From the NCBI GenBank assembly GCA_964036045.1, contig OZ038378.1, positions 20,894,001-20,958,000 of the forward strand: 64,000 nt of DNA. Reading direction: 5' to 3'. The first letter of the stretch is position 1. Each line of letters opens with the position of its first letter. Positions 35,987 through 47,419 of this stretch are shown piece after piece. Source of the DNA: Eutreptiella sp. 'Long Island Sound 2002' (lineage: Eukaryota; Protista; Euglenida). The notes under the pieces are model-generated. The model had not been told where the DNA came from. It saw only the letters and a program-made list of their open reading frames with translations, and did not search any database. Both the position numbers and the translations under genes were made by a program.

Positions 35987-36714
35987 ATGGACGTGACAAA
36001 CAGGGCACAGAGAAAGCCGGCTTGGATGTACTAGATCTCGTCAGGTGCGAAGCAGAACAGAAACAGTAGCATGTCCCGCCTGCACTATAGGCGCCTTTCT
36101 GTGTGAGGAGAGGCAGGGCCAGCAGCTCGCATGCAGTCCTTGGGCAAGCCTGCGGTCATGCCTGCACAGCAAACAGAGCGTAAGGCTCTGCAAAATTATC
36201 TCAGGGTGGGTTCAGTCCCGTCCCTGCCCTCTGCTACCCCTCACCAGGAACCGGACGATAGACCAACAGCGTTCTGCTTCTGGTTAGTTCACAATGACTG
36301 TCACACTCAAGCTACCAATCTGGCCCACTCTGCAGTCTCAGCCCCTTGGTCAGACTCGTGAACTACAGCTCTGTCATGGAAAGGCTTGAAGCCCCGTAAC
36401 CGGGACTCCACACACATACACACACACACACAATGCACTGCACTGCACTGATAGTGCCCTCGCACTCCTCCCCCTTTGCCCACGCCGCCCTCGTACCCCG
36501 CACTGCTCCTGCAGTGCCGCACTGCACTGCCCCTTCAATGCTCCTGCGCAACCCCTGCACTGCCCGTGCGCTGCCTGGACCGCACCGCCGCTGCAATTGT
36601 GCGTTGAAACCGCTGTGCCCATCGTGGGGGGTAGCCGAGACCAGAGAGGCACACCGGCCCAGTCGCATGTGCCCTGCGGCCCGTGATGGCACGTTGACCG
36701 AACACGAGGCGTAC

Positions 36715-36992
36715 CTGTGGTCCTCGTGATTGCTCTGGAACTTGAACTGCAATGGCAGCGGCAGCACCGTGGCGTTGTTCAGCGCCGGGATGTTGAGGAA
36801 GTTGTACAGCTGCGGCTCCGGGGCCCCAGGGACGGCCCATCCGGGGCTGACCGTGAGATTGTCTCCGTACGTGAGGTCCACCAAAAACTCCAAAAACGTG
36901 ACGGCCACCGTTTTGCCGGCATCCGCCGCCGTCCCAAACTGCCACGTGCAGTTCGCCCCAGCGGAGTACGTGCCCGTGTACGTCGTTGTGAC
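36715..36992 (-). CDS. Giant mucin-like gene exon: CUB domain
   Basis: Acceptor ccgacag| and donor CACAG|gtacgc. YSAGANCTWQF...VAVTFLEF...YGDNLTV...FQSNHEDHR joins in frame to NGFRLTLTY in the terminal exon, completing a CUB GF.L.Y motif. Confidence 0.85.
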
Positions 36993-37664
36993 CTGTCGGA
37001 CACAGGGAATGGCAGGCGGATCCTCTGCGGCCTGGAGCCGGTGAAGGATCACATGGTACTGCTTTCGCTCGTGCACTGGACGCGGCCGGTTCCTACTGAG
37101 TTCTAGGCATGACAGGGGGTGGACATTGCCGCACACCAGTGACCCATGGCTGGTCCAGAAATTTTGGACGATGTTGTGGCTCGGAAGAAAACATGTCCCC
37201 ATTCGTGTGGGCAACCGTGGAAGGCTGCGAGTCCGCATCGGACCTTGGAGTGCTTTCTGTGCTTTGAGCTGTCGAGGGCGGGCGGATTTTCACGATCGAG
37301 ACAAACCTCAGATGACTAGTTTGACCCCCCCGCTACCCCTCCCGCCCCTGGCACATGCCCCAGAGGTACCACACAGGCCCACCCAATGCAAGCCCACCGC
37401 ACCACTTCATCTCCCCCCTGCAAACGGAATGCACACCTCCACCAGACTTGGGGCAGGCGTGAGGGTGCACTGTGTCCAGGGGTGCAATTGGCGTGTGTGT
37501 GAGTGACCGGGGCAGGAAATGGACTGCATTTAAGCCTCAGCAGCCAGGAGCCCCGGAAAGGGGAGGGGGTGCAGGGCATGGCAGAACGGCACAGTGCAAT
37601 TGACAGGCAGTGGAGTGGATCGCCCCCCCCCCCCTCCCACACAAAGAGAGAAACAAACGCACCG

Positions 37665-39270
37665 CGCGCATTGCGCGCTCGTTTTTGGTTCGTGTTTTAC
37701 AAATTCTTGGCAGATTTTCAGAGTGGCAGGGATGCAGTGGCCTCAGGGGTTAGCAACAACGGAGGCCTCCACTCCACCTTCCCACCAATGTCATGACGGT
37801 TGTAGCTGCCCACACCCCCTAACGGGGGGGGGGGGGGGGTTGAGCACAAAGAAACCTGCTCGGCACAGCCCGCACCAAAGAGGGTGCCCCACAGGGTGCC
37901 CAAGCCTGCGGACCATTCATTTCGACATGTTTCGCAGTTCGAACCTGACGGGTTGCTCATTCCCGCAAGGTGCCCCTTGGTTGGAGTACTCCTCTTCGTT
38001 CCGTTGGGAGGTGTGCCCGACCCAGAAATCCAGACAAATCAAACAGACACGCAACAGGGAGCGGTGCACAAGGAGCAGCATGGTCTTCTTCAAAGCACTG
38101 CTCACAACGTTTTCATCAGGTCCTCTTCGAGGACGTGCAGGACACGCTGGAAGTGCTTCCCGGCAACAACCGGCTGTAGAGGGCCGGCGGGTGGGGGTCC
38201 TGTGCTGGCATACTGTAAGCACACAAGGGGCTCACAAATAATTTCAATATGTTGATATGTACAGGGATATATGAAGAGCTATTCTTGTCGTGCACACGCC
38301 CCTTTGCACAGAACCCTTGTTCCTTCGGAACAAAAGTTCTCGTCACCCTCCTCCTCAGCAGAAGTAAGGGATGTGCCCAATGTGGATGGGAATGCTTCCT
38401 GCGTGCTGCGGGCGCGCCGCAAGCGCCGTAGGGAAAGGGTAATTAGCTTTAGTGTACACTATCCAAGAAAATGACCCCATGGACCATCTGGCTTGTACTT
38501 GACGTTGCACTTGTTGATGAAATGCTGTTCACAGCATGGACCATCCAATGGAGTCGTAGGATGTGCTCCTCCCAGTTCATCCCCAACTTGGTGCGCGGCT
38601 CACGGCACATAGCCCAATTGTACAATTGGGCAAACAGATGCTCTCCAGGGCCTCAAATGAAAGAGTGCCCATCACGAATCAACACCATACGGAATCAAAT
38701 ACACCGTTTGTGAAAGATTGAGGCCCAAAAAGGGGAATGTACAATCAAATAGGAGAAAAACGTGGTGTGTGTGTGTGGGGGGGGGGTAAACGGTATGTAA
38801 CAAATGTGTGTATGTATGCGGCACTATTCCGCCTCTATTCTGGTATAATTACCCCAACTGCGCACCGCAGGGCACGCCGCAGGGCGCACCGCAGGCGCCG
38901 CAGGGAAAACGTTCCCGATGACAAGTCCGATGATGATGCGAGTTGCAATGCAACAGAGCAAAGAGGTGAAGGCAACCAATGGGGGGGAAAAAAGGATTCA
39001 GCACCTTGAATTCTGCGGTGTTGGGCTCACAACTCCACACCCATCATCGTCAAGGGTGACGGTCTCCATGTGTGCCTCCGCAGGCGCAAGGAGGTGGGTG
39101 GTTGCAAATTTTCGATCCCGCTGCCCTCCCACAAGCTCTACTTATGCTTGTGGGTGAGTATTGTTTACAACCCACTGTGACTAAATGAAAAACTGGTGTG
39201 TTCATAAAACAACCTGAACCAAACCGTGCGCACCGTGCATTGCACCGCGCGCACCGCGAGTTCGTTTCTC
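37665..39270 (-). mobile_element. Decayed relative of the Harbinger-like family (copy C) in an intron
   Basis: Minus-strand EHLFAQLYNW...VKYKPDGPWGHF (~38440-38640) resembles IEHLFARMWHW...VRYPPYGPWEHV of copy B. GCACCGCGCGCA-type motifs at ~37666 and ~39240 bracket it. Ends not resolved. Confidence 0.45.
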
Positions 39271-39868
39271 TCAAAGTCCATGCCCCTCCACGCACACACC
39301 CGGTGTAGCCTTTACAGATCATGCCCCCGCCCACCGTAGCACGCATCACTAGACTACCCACGACTCACGCGGAATCGGCATCAACTACGAGCCGCCGAAA
39401 ATCGGCCTTGGGCCGCCATCGGTCTTTCCGCAGCGGTGTACTGTCCGCGGGCGTGGCAGCAAACAGGCACGTACCTCCACAAAGCCCTCCGTCTCCACGA
39501 CCACCAACTGGTCTTGTGTGCACGGGTACGCAACCAAGGGCCAAAAGCTGCCGGACATTAACGGGCTCTGGGACTCCGGGCCCGAGCACGCGATGGCAGA
39601 GATATTGATCTGCTTCGTGACCAGCACCGGCGTTTCGTACAAGGCGCCAACCTGCAACACGAAGCATCCACAGCAGCACGGCCCAGCGCGGCGACGTCGT
39701 CCACTCAAAGTGCAAAGCACGCGTAAACGAAGAAAGGGGCCGCCCAACAACAAACAGATCCAACTTCTCCGGCGGAGGAGACGTTCATTCATTAGAGAGG
39801 CTAACCCCCGGAGCGAACGGCACAGTGCGATGGGCAGGCAGTGGAGTGGATCGCTATCCCCCCCACCG

Positions 39869-39910
<42 letters not shown>

Positions 39911-40609
39911 TGATGGGAGACGAGCAGGCGGGACAAGCAGTACACAGCACTGGTCGCCAACGAAACTCGTCAGGCCAAAAGAAATCAGTCGAAGGAGGAG
40001 TAGAAGAATATGTCGGCCAGGCGCCTTTCTGTAGTACAGCGGGTACGCGGTGTAAAAGGCACCATCGGGTGGGGCGGTCCACTTGCAGTGTCCACCCCTC
40101 CACACCGAACACACCCCCCCACACGCAGTGATTTAGCCCACTGCGGCACACATCAATAGACTCGCTGCGGTGAGCGTGCAATCGGCGTCGACCACGAGCC
40201 GCCGACATTCGGCCTTGGGCCGCCTTGCCCACACAACGGCAACGGCACCGAAGGTGCGGTCACAACGCTCAGGCACAGATCAGCGGCCGGGCCCTCAGTG
40301 CAAGGCTCAGCAGGACCAGCTCCATGGGACCGTCCTGCGATGCCGGACGCTTGTCGCGTGGCAGGGGCAACTGAAGGGGGAGGGGCCCAACACAAGGCCT
40401 AGGGGCCAGCCCGTAACCGGCCCTGACGTGGCCGCACACCACAGTGGAGTCGCAGATGGCACAGGACCCCCGTCCTGACGGGACCGGATCCCTCTGTCGG
40501 ACACTATGGACACGCCCCGGAATTACTGATTCTGTTGCCCGCGTCAATAGCCATGGGATCTCCGGGGCTGCAAACCCATAGAGCACGCCTGGTCCTGATC
40601 GCTCAGGGC

Positions 40610-40810
40610 ACACCAGGGCTCTCCTGAAGGCCAAAAAAAAAAAAAAAAAAAAAAAAGAAAACATCGGTGCGCTCGGACCTCCGCAGAGCGCCAGCCGACG
40701 AGTAACTGCTGTCGGCCATCGGCCAACCGACGTCGGTTGACCATCAACGACCGTCGGTTAAGCGCCAACCTCCGTCAGTTGAGTGTCAGCCGCCGTTGGT
40801 TCACCGAATT
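40610..40810. repeat. Dispersed intronic repeat; second copy at ~41995-42175
   Basis: CACCAGGGCTCTCCTGAAGGCCAAAAA...CTCGGACCTCCGCAGAGCGCCAGCC...GGTTAAGCGCCAACCTCCGTC is shared, same orientation. Confidence 0.75.
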
Positions 40811-40970
40811 CTGTGCTTCGTGCGAAGAAAGACAGAAATATCTCATCCCTAGAGGACAGCCCTGGGGCACACGGTGGGCAGGAAAGCCGCGTGCAGCATC
40901 AGGGCTTGCGACTGTAGTGTACGGGCTTGTCGAACTGTCGTTAGGGATCAGGGGATCTCATGGGACACAC

Positions 40971-41179
40971 CTGGCAACTGTACCACTCTCCGCATTGAGG
41001 CGCCACGGTGTCCGTGGTGTAGCACAGATATGTGCAGTCCCAGGCGTGAAGGATCGTGATGGCGTGTCCCGCGGGGACCGGCCCTGGGACGCTTCCAAAA
41101 TGCGGGGCCCAAGAGTCGCAGACGACCCCTGACCAGCCGGGGTCACAGACGCAGGCATCCTCCACGCACTCCCCGTTCC
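40971..41179 (-). CDS. Giant mucin-like gene exon: EGF C-half and linker
   Basis: Acceptor ccccctcag| and donor TGCCAG|gtgtgt. Completes NCTRHAQCSG-NGECVEDACVCDPGWSGVVC (six-Cys EGF) with the upstream exon. Phase 1 to 0 fits both neighbours. Confidence 0.85.
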
Positions 41180-42432
41180 CTGAGGGGGCACGACGGCAGT
41201 ACCGCGGCACACACGCACGGCGCACGGCACGGCGAGACCCCTGACACCCGGTGCTCATTCCGGCCCAACCGGTCGATCGCATGTTGAACAGGTGCGCACT
41301 GTCCACCGCAGGTCTGCCCCACATGGAGGTCTACGCATGCAAACGCGCATCAGTGGCCCACTGCAGTGCAAAACAGAGGGGGCGGCACCAAGCGCTCTGT
41401 GCTGGCGCCTGCCGTAAGCACATGTCTCTGGGTGGGCCCATCAAAGCCTCAGCCTGTGTCTGGCATGGGTTTGGATGCAGTGCGGAGCCCTCATCCACGG
41501 GTGGGCACCGGACCCTGACACCCGCGGCATGAGCGAAGGGGGGAGGGGGGTCAAAAAGTGTGCCAGGCCCTTTTGAATCCCCTGTTAATTCTGGGCATTT
41601 CGAATTCGTCCCCAGTGCAGAGTGAAGACCCGCCCCCCCATTCCCCACGAATGAAAACGGGGCGTTCCGGCAGACGCACTAATGAACATGCAAAAGCACC
41701 CACGTGGCGGATGTCAGCAGAGGCATCGGGTTTGCAGAGAAACGAAGGAGCGAAGGAAGAGCAGCCGAGAGCATGAAGAATGAGTGCAGGGATTGGGGCA
41801 CGGTGGGCGTTCATGTGTGGAGATGGACCCTGACACCCCGGTTCCAGACACCCACACCTGCGCCAAGGGGAGGAGCAGGGCATACTCACCACAGCGCAGT
41901 GGCCCCGAAATCCAAAGTCCAGGGCAGACATCCATGCAATAGACCTGTTGACCGCCATTGTCCAACAAAGGAAATACAGGAAAGCAAAGGGCACACCAGG
42001 GCTCTCCTGAAGGCCAAAAAGGTAAGGCCAAAATTCAAAAACGAAGAACTGCCTCCGGTACCCTCGGACCTCCGCAGAGCGCCAGCCCAGCCAACCGACT
42101 TCGGTTGACCATCAACGGCCGTGGGTTAAGCGCCAACCTCCGTCGGTTGAGAGTCAACCGCCGTCGATTAACCGAATCCTGCCCCCAATACCCTCCGGCC
42201 ATGGAAATCATCCCCCGCTCTATGCTGCAATCCAGCTCCACAACAGCCGGATACCTTTGAGTGTGGCGCAGGGCCCGGCTGTCTCCCCCTCCTTCACCTG
42301 TGGACATGCAATCCACGACATCCAGGGCCCTTGTCAGATCAGACGGTCTTCTTCGGAGAAACCTCCTCCCTCCGCGTGCCCTGTGCAAAGGTACCAACAG
42401 CCGTGAAACAAAACCCCAACAGCGCTGCTCAC

Positions 42433-42609
42433 CTGAACATTGGGCATGGCGCGTGCAATTGTAAATGGTGCGGGCGTACAGCATCGCAGGGCCGGTCGCA
42501 AGGGTGGAGGTGCTGGGATTGCTGGTGGCCTCGGCATGCGGGTGAATGTACGTCACGTAGAAATTGCCTTGGAGGCCTTCAAACGTCGGAAACAGGAACC
42601 CCATGTTTC
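42433..42609 (-). CDS. Giant mucin-like gene exon: CUB-like end and EGF N-half
   Basis: Acceptor ctcttgttccag| and donor TTCAG|gtgagc; GNMGFLFPTFEGLQGNFYVTY...NCTRHAQCS; phase 1 to 1. Confidence 0.8.
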
Positions 42610-43276
42610 CTGGAACAAGAGGGCACAGAAGGTGGGCGCCGCTGCAGGTGTGCTGTGCCACACTTCATGACCACCTCCTCCCCCTTGAGTATGCCCTCAC
42701 ACTTCAAACTCGTCAGGCTGTTGGATTGAGGGCTGTATGTAAACGCACGTATACGTGTATGCGTATTCATCGCATACAATATTATAATATATATATTACT
42801 ACACCCCTCTCCCCTTAAATCTAGCTAACAAGCAAGCAAGCAACAAGCACTTCTCCTTTCCGTTTTGGCCATTGCTCGGCCTCATCACTCCGGGCTCTAC
42901 TCTACTCTAGCCATCCTAGAGCCTACGTGGTGCCCTTGCCAAATCCAAGTTTTGAGCCAAAAACTAACCGGTGGCGCCCCGGGGCGGGGGCGCCAAGTCA
43001 GTAGGTGCCCTTCCAAAACTGCGCATTTTGTGCCCCAAAACAGCCTTTTTTGGCCAAAAACGGCTGTGAAATCCACTCAAACGGCCAAACGAAGGCAAAC
43101 AGCTGCTACACTCCACGTGCGCCTCGATTGCCCCTTGACAAAGAACCTTTTGTTGCCCTCTAGCTCCACGATGTGTCCGAGAAACGGCCCAAAAATGGCC
43201 AAAAATGGCCTGAATGTGCGCTGTTTGTGTCCAACAGGCCCGAAACCAAGAACGGGCCGTATCTTGGGCTACGTGG

Positions 43277-44062
43277 CTCAAAACCGAATTCCGAGGGCAC
43301 CTAGTCCACCCGCAACCGCCCACTTTTTGTGGTTTCCAAGCCTCAGAATCGCCCAACGAGACGCCTAGACCCCCGTATCAGTGGTCACTTGGTGGAGCCG
43401 GAGGGCAGCACAGCCCGCGCATGGTTGGGGCCAACGATTGGTCCACCGGGGTCCCCGGGGCGAAAAAAAGATTTTTTCCAAAGTTGTTCCTAGACCACTT
43501 GGGATGCCCAAACAAGTGTTTTTAGGCCGTTTTGAGCCCGTGGTGGCGCGTTTTGGGCCATGGAAAATCCCAAAATGCCTTGAAAATGGGCTGTTTGAGC
43601 ACCAAAAATGGGTCAAAAATGGGTCAAAAACGCATTTTTCTAAAAGTGATCTTGGACCATATGGGATGCTCAAACAAGTGTTTTTAGCCCATTTTGAGCT
43701 CGTGGTGACGCGTTTTGGCCCATGGAACATCCCAAAATGCCTTGAAAATGGGCCGTTGTGGGACCAAAAATGGGTCAAAAATGGGTCAAAAACGTGTTTT
43801 TCCAAAAGTGATCCTGGACCAGTTGCGATGCTCAAACAAATGTTTTTAGCCCATAACTTTGGAAAAAATCATTTTTTTCGCCCCGGGGACCCTGGTGGAC
43901 CCCCGTTGGCCCCCACCGTGCGCGGGCTCTACTACCCTCCGGCTCCACCAAGTGACCACTGGCACGGGGGTCTAGGCGTCTCGTTGGGCGATTCTGAGGC
44001 TTGGAAACCACAAAAGTGGGGGGTTGCGGGTGGACTAGGCGCCCTCGGAATTCGGTTTCGAG
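43277..44062. mobile_element. Foldback-type non-autonomous element: ~210-bp inverted arms around 2.2 copies of a 162-bp unit
   Basis: Arms at 43277-43488 and 43855-44062 are reverse complements. Inner unit G(G/C)GATGCYCAAACAA starts at 43501, 43663 and 43825. Confidence 0.85.
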
Positions 44063-44064
44063 TA

Positions 44065-44314
44065 GGGTATGACATGACTCTGATTAGGATCCTAACCAGA
44101 GTACTAAAAATAGATATAATTGTCGTCCAAACCCCTAATACAAGCCCTTTCCATCCCAAATACCAGTCCAAGGGACATCAAAATGGACAAGAGTGTGTTA
44201 AAAACCCCCAATTACTATGTCACTGGTTACTGTTATAGGGGTGGGTTATTTTTAGGATTTAGTGGCTATTTTTAGTACTCTGGTTGGGATCCTATTAGGA
44301 GTGATGTCATACCC
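44065..44314. mobile_element. 250-bp MITE, TA TSD, ~50-bp imperfect TIRs (Tc1/mariner-type)
   Basis: TA|GGGTATGACAT...TAGGATCCTAACCAGAGTACTAAAAATAG versus its reverse complement ending ATGTCATACCC|TA. Confidence 0.85.
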
Positions 44315-45188
44315 TATTTTAAGCCATCGCGAGCCCTTTCTCGGGGCAAATACTTACCATCCAATTCACTTCTAAAACGTGTTTTTTTGTGTTTCCCAAC
44401 CCCAAAATGGGGGGGGGTGTCGCTAATTTCCTCGCAAAGCCCACTACCCCCACACGGGGCAGGGGGGGGACAACCCCCGTAGGAACTGGTACAGTGCACC
44501 AGTGCTCTGCATATAGCGCATGAGCGCCCATCCACACGGCCTTAGCGGGTCCCACACCTGAAAAGCCCTTTCGGCTCAAAATCGCACAATTCCAAAGGAC
44601 TCGCAATTTTGAACCCACAAAAAGGGGGTTCATCTTCTTGACCCCCCCCAAAACCCCTCCTTAAAAGGTAAGCTGTCACGGGGGGCGGGGGGTACTCAGG
44701 GTGGACAGAACAACAGTTTTACAAGGGGTTGAGTCCCGAACTTAAGCCTTTGGGCTATGGTGCGTGAATGGGCCCAAAAAGGGGGGGGGGGGTATGTGGC
44801 ATTGCCCATGTATTACGTCCTGCCTGATTTGGTTCTGACAACCTCTGCGGCAACATCCCAAACGAAAAAAAACCAAAAACCCAAACAAAAACACTCATGA
44901 CGACAATTGCAAAGCGGGATTTCCGTGAAACCAGGTCAATGAGACGGAGTGTGCCAGAGAGCACCGACGAAAAGAGCAGCAACAGCCATCAGCGTTGACC
45001 AAAATGAAGGCCCGTTCCATGACTCGTCACCATTTCTATTGAACCAACCACCAAAGCGTAGTGTTGGGCACTACTCATGGGGGCAGCTCAAATGTTGGTG
45101 GACAGACCGTTCATTCTCCTGCGCCCTCCCCCGTCCCACACCTGCCTCCCGGCAGTGCTTGCTGCGCCCCCGCCCCGCAGGTGCACAC

Positions 45189-45414
45189 CCGATACAAACT
45201 GAAGAGCCACCCACACACGCCCGGTCAGGCCAGTGATGACCCGCTCGAAGTTCCACTCTGTCCAAGTGCTCTTGCTAAGGGCCTGCGCGGGGCCATGCGC
45301 GACGACCTCGCCAACCGCTGCAATCTCTTCGCCGCGGTCCAGCCACAGCACCGGCCTGAAGAACTGGAACCCGATGTCGGACCCTGCCTTGTGCCCCGTC
45401 CACGCGACGTACAC
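45189..45414 (-). CDS. Giant mucin-like gene exon (CUB-like)
   Basis: Acceptor ccattcccacag| and donor TCGG|gtgtgc; VYVAWTGHKAGSDIGFQFF...VWVALQFVS; phase 0 to 1 joins GNMGF. Confidence 0.7.
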
Positions 45415-46862
45415 CTGTGGGAATGGCGGAGATGCGCGCAGAGGGGGCGATACAACACCGCCTGTCTTTCCCAGTCCAGTGGAGCACCGCGGCGTGGGAA
45501 CGCGGTGCATGGGAGAACCAACCACGAAAGCCTGGTACAAGGAGATGGGCACTGCCCGGGAGTGGCGCCACAAATGGCCAGTGGAAGGCAGCGCTCGGGG
45601 TGCAAGGCCAACAGCATGTGCCGTGGTAGAGATGATGACAGGGAGCATTGCCTCAAGACCATGAAATGCAACGTTTGGTGACACTGTGCGTTGAGCGAAC
45701 AAGGCCACAAGCACACGGGGAGCTGGCACCTGCTGCTGGCAGGTGTCACCTGCTTTTGGGGGGGCAGGTGTTGGCAAGTCACAGTTTGAGCTCTGACAGG
45801 TGTCGGCGGGTGCGCACAAGTGCACACGCACATACGAACGGCTCCACAGTGTCGGCAGGTGTCGGCAGGTTCTGTCAGTGTCATAGGCTCGCTTTGTGCT
45901 AGCTCCGCGTATGGCCACAATATGCCCCTGTCTTGAGACGCGTTGCAGCCCCGCGGCTAAGCACGATACAGATGATGAGTTGTCGAATGTAACATACATT
46001 TGTGGATGAGCAAACAACCCTGAATCGCCTCTTTGGTGCCCTGTGGCCACGCTAACGGCCTCGGTATGCCCTGCGACCATGAAGGAAGCCACGGCCATCT
46101 CTTTTGCTTCTATTGTAAACTTGTTTGCAAACCGTTTTGGTGGAGGCAGCACAAACGCGCCGTAGGCACGCAAAAGAATCGGCCACTCTGGTCTCTCGTG
46201 GGCGGGCTGCCAACATCATTCACCTGGGCATGTGCCCACAGCGTTCTCAGCTCGCCGGCGTGCAGTCAAGAGAGCAACCAGCTGGTGCTGCCCAGAGCCA
46301 TGTCGCAGTTTGGTTCCTGAGGATCCTTTCAGTTTCCCGCTGGTGACAACACCAATAAGCCCCATGGATGCATGCGTAGTGCGCAGACATGCGTAGACAT
46401 GCGCAGACATGCCCAAGTGCTGCGTATAGCGGTTGCGGCTGGCATTACTCATGCAACATTGCATTGTGCTCGTGGGTGATTTGATCGTGCGATCGAGGGT
46501 GCGGGATCCACTGGAAATGGTCCTTGGAATCAGCGACGGTTGTAGATGGTCGTGGACGGCTGGTTGCACTCATTTCAAGACGCCGGGCTGCAGGACTGCC
46601 TGCTTGTCCTCGCCCCTTCCCTTGTTTGCCGCGATGTCCACTGTTGCCGTTGCCACTCACACTGACTGAGGCGCTTGCAGCGGTAAAGATCCTCAAGGGA
46701 GGGGAAACCGAAGTCCGCCACAAGTGTCGTACACCCCAAAAACAAACACCATTTGATCTTCCAATATCTGCGATATGATTCGTAAGACTGCGGGTACCCG
46801 CAGCCTTCACCACACGAGCAGCCCTTTCACTTCTGCTGGGACCTCCACCAGCCTCATCTTAC

Positions 46863-47102
46863 GGTGGCGGAGGGGCTGGCAAGACGAGCACGAAGCAGGG
46901 GCTCGTTGCAGACGTGTGTGGGACAGACCTCAGAAACTGCAGCCCCAATCGACAACAAGTCATGGGTCTCATGCCCGAAGTCCAGCACCGCCATGCCACT
47001 GTACCCCGCAGCACAGCCCCACAAACCCCCTAAAACGGGGTGGGTACAGTGCACCGTGTCGATCGTATAATTCTTGGCAAAAGCGTTGAATTCCGCCAAA
47101 GA
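46863..47102 (-). CDS. Giant mucin-like gene exon (CUB-like core)
   Basis: Acceptor cgtgttgcag| and strong donor ACC|gtaaga; 80 codons, phase 0 to 0. DLLSIG...C...ASPSAT joins VYVAWT...GFQFF, giving a CUB-like ending. Confidence 0.6.
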
Positions 47103-47419
47103 CTGCAACACGGGCATGGCACAATAAAGCCTGTCATAAGCAGTTGCTCTGACTCATGGATCTTTGGTGTCACGGTAGAAAAATCCAACACTGGCCACCA
47201 TCATCAGCCACTACCAGAGCTGGCCAGGTTTTCAATCGATAGAGTCACCTGGCCACCCTCCAAAAGGCGATCTGGAACTCCCTGGCCCTGTGTTAGAATC
47301 GCCTCACCGAGGTTGTTAAACCCAAACCAGAGAGGACTGCACATATGGGAACACTACATGCCCCCCCCCCCTTTGGGCCCATTCATGTACTGTCTGCCGG
47401 GGGTTCAATTTGGTGTTTA

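Noticed and set aside
41180-41240. Alternative acceptor at 41241 for the EGF exon
   Set aside because: Poor pyrimidine tract and it does not complete the six-Cys EGF; the 41180 acceptor does.
45415-46350. Rest of the 361-aa ORF and a CUB-like NQTATWLWAAPAG peptide near 46280
   Set aside because: Outside the supported exon. The peptide hits a stop and has no phase-compatible donor, and exon 46863-47102 already joins cleanly.
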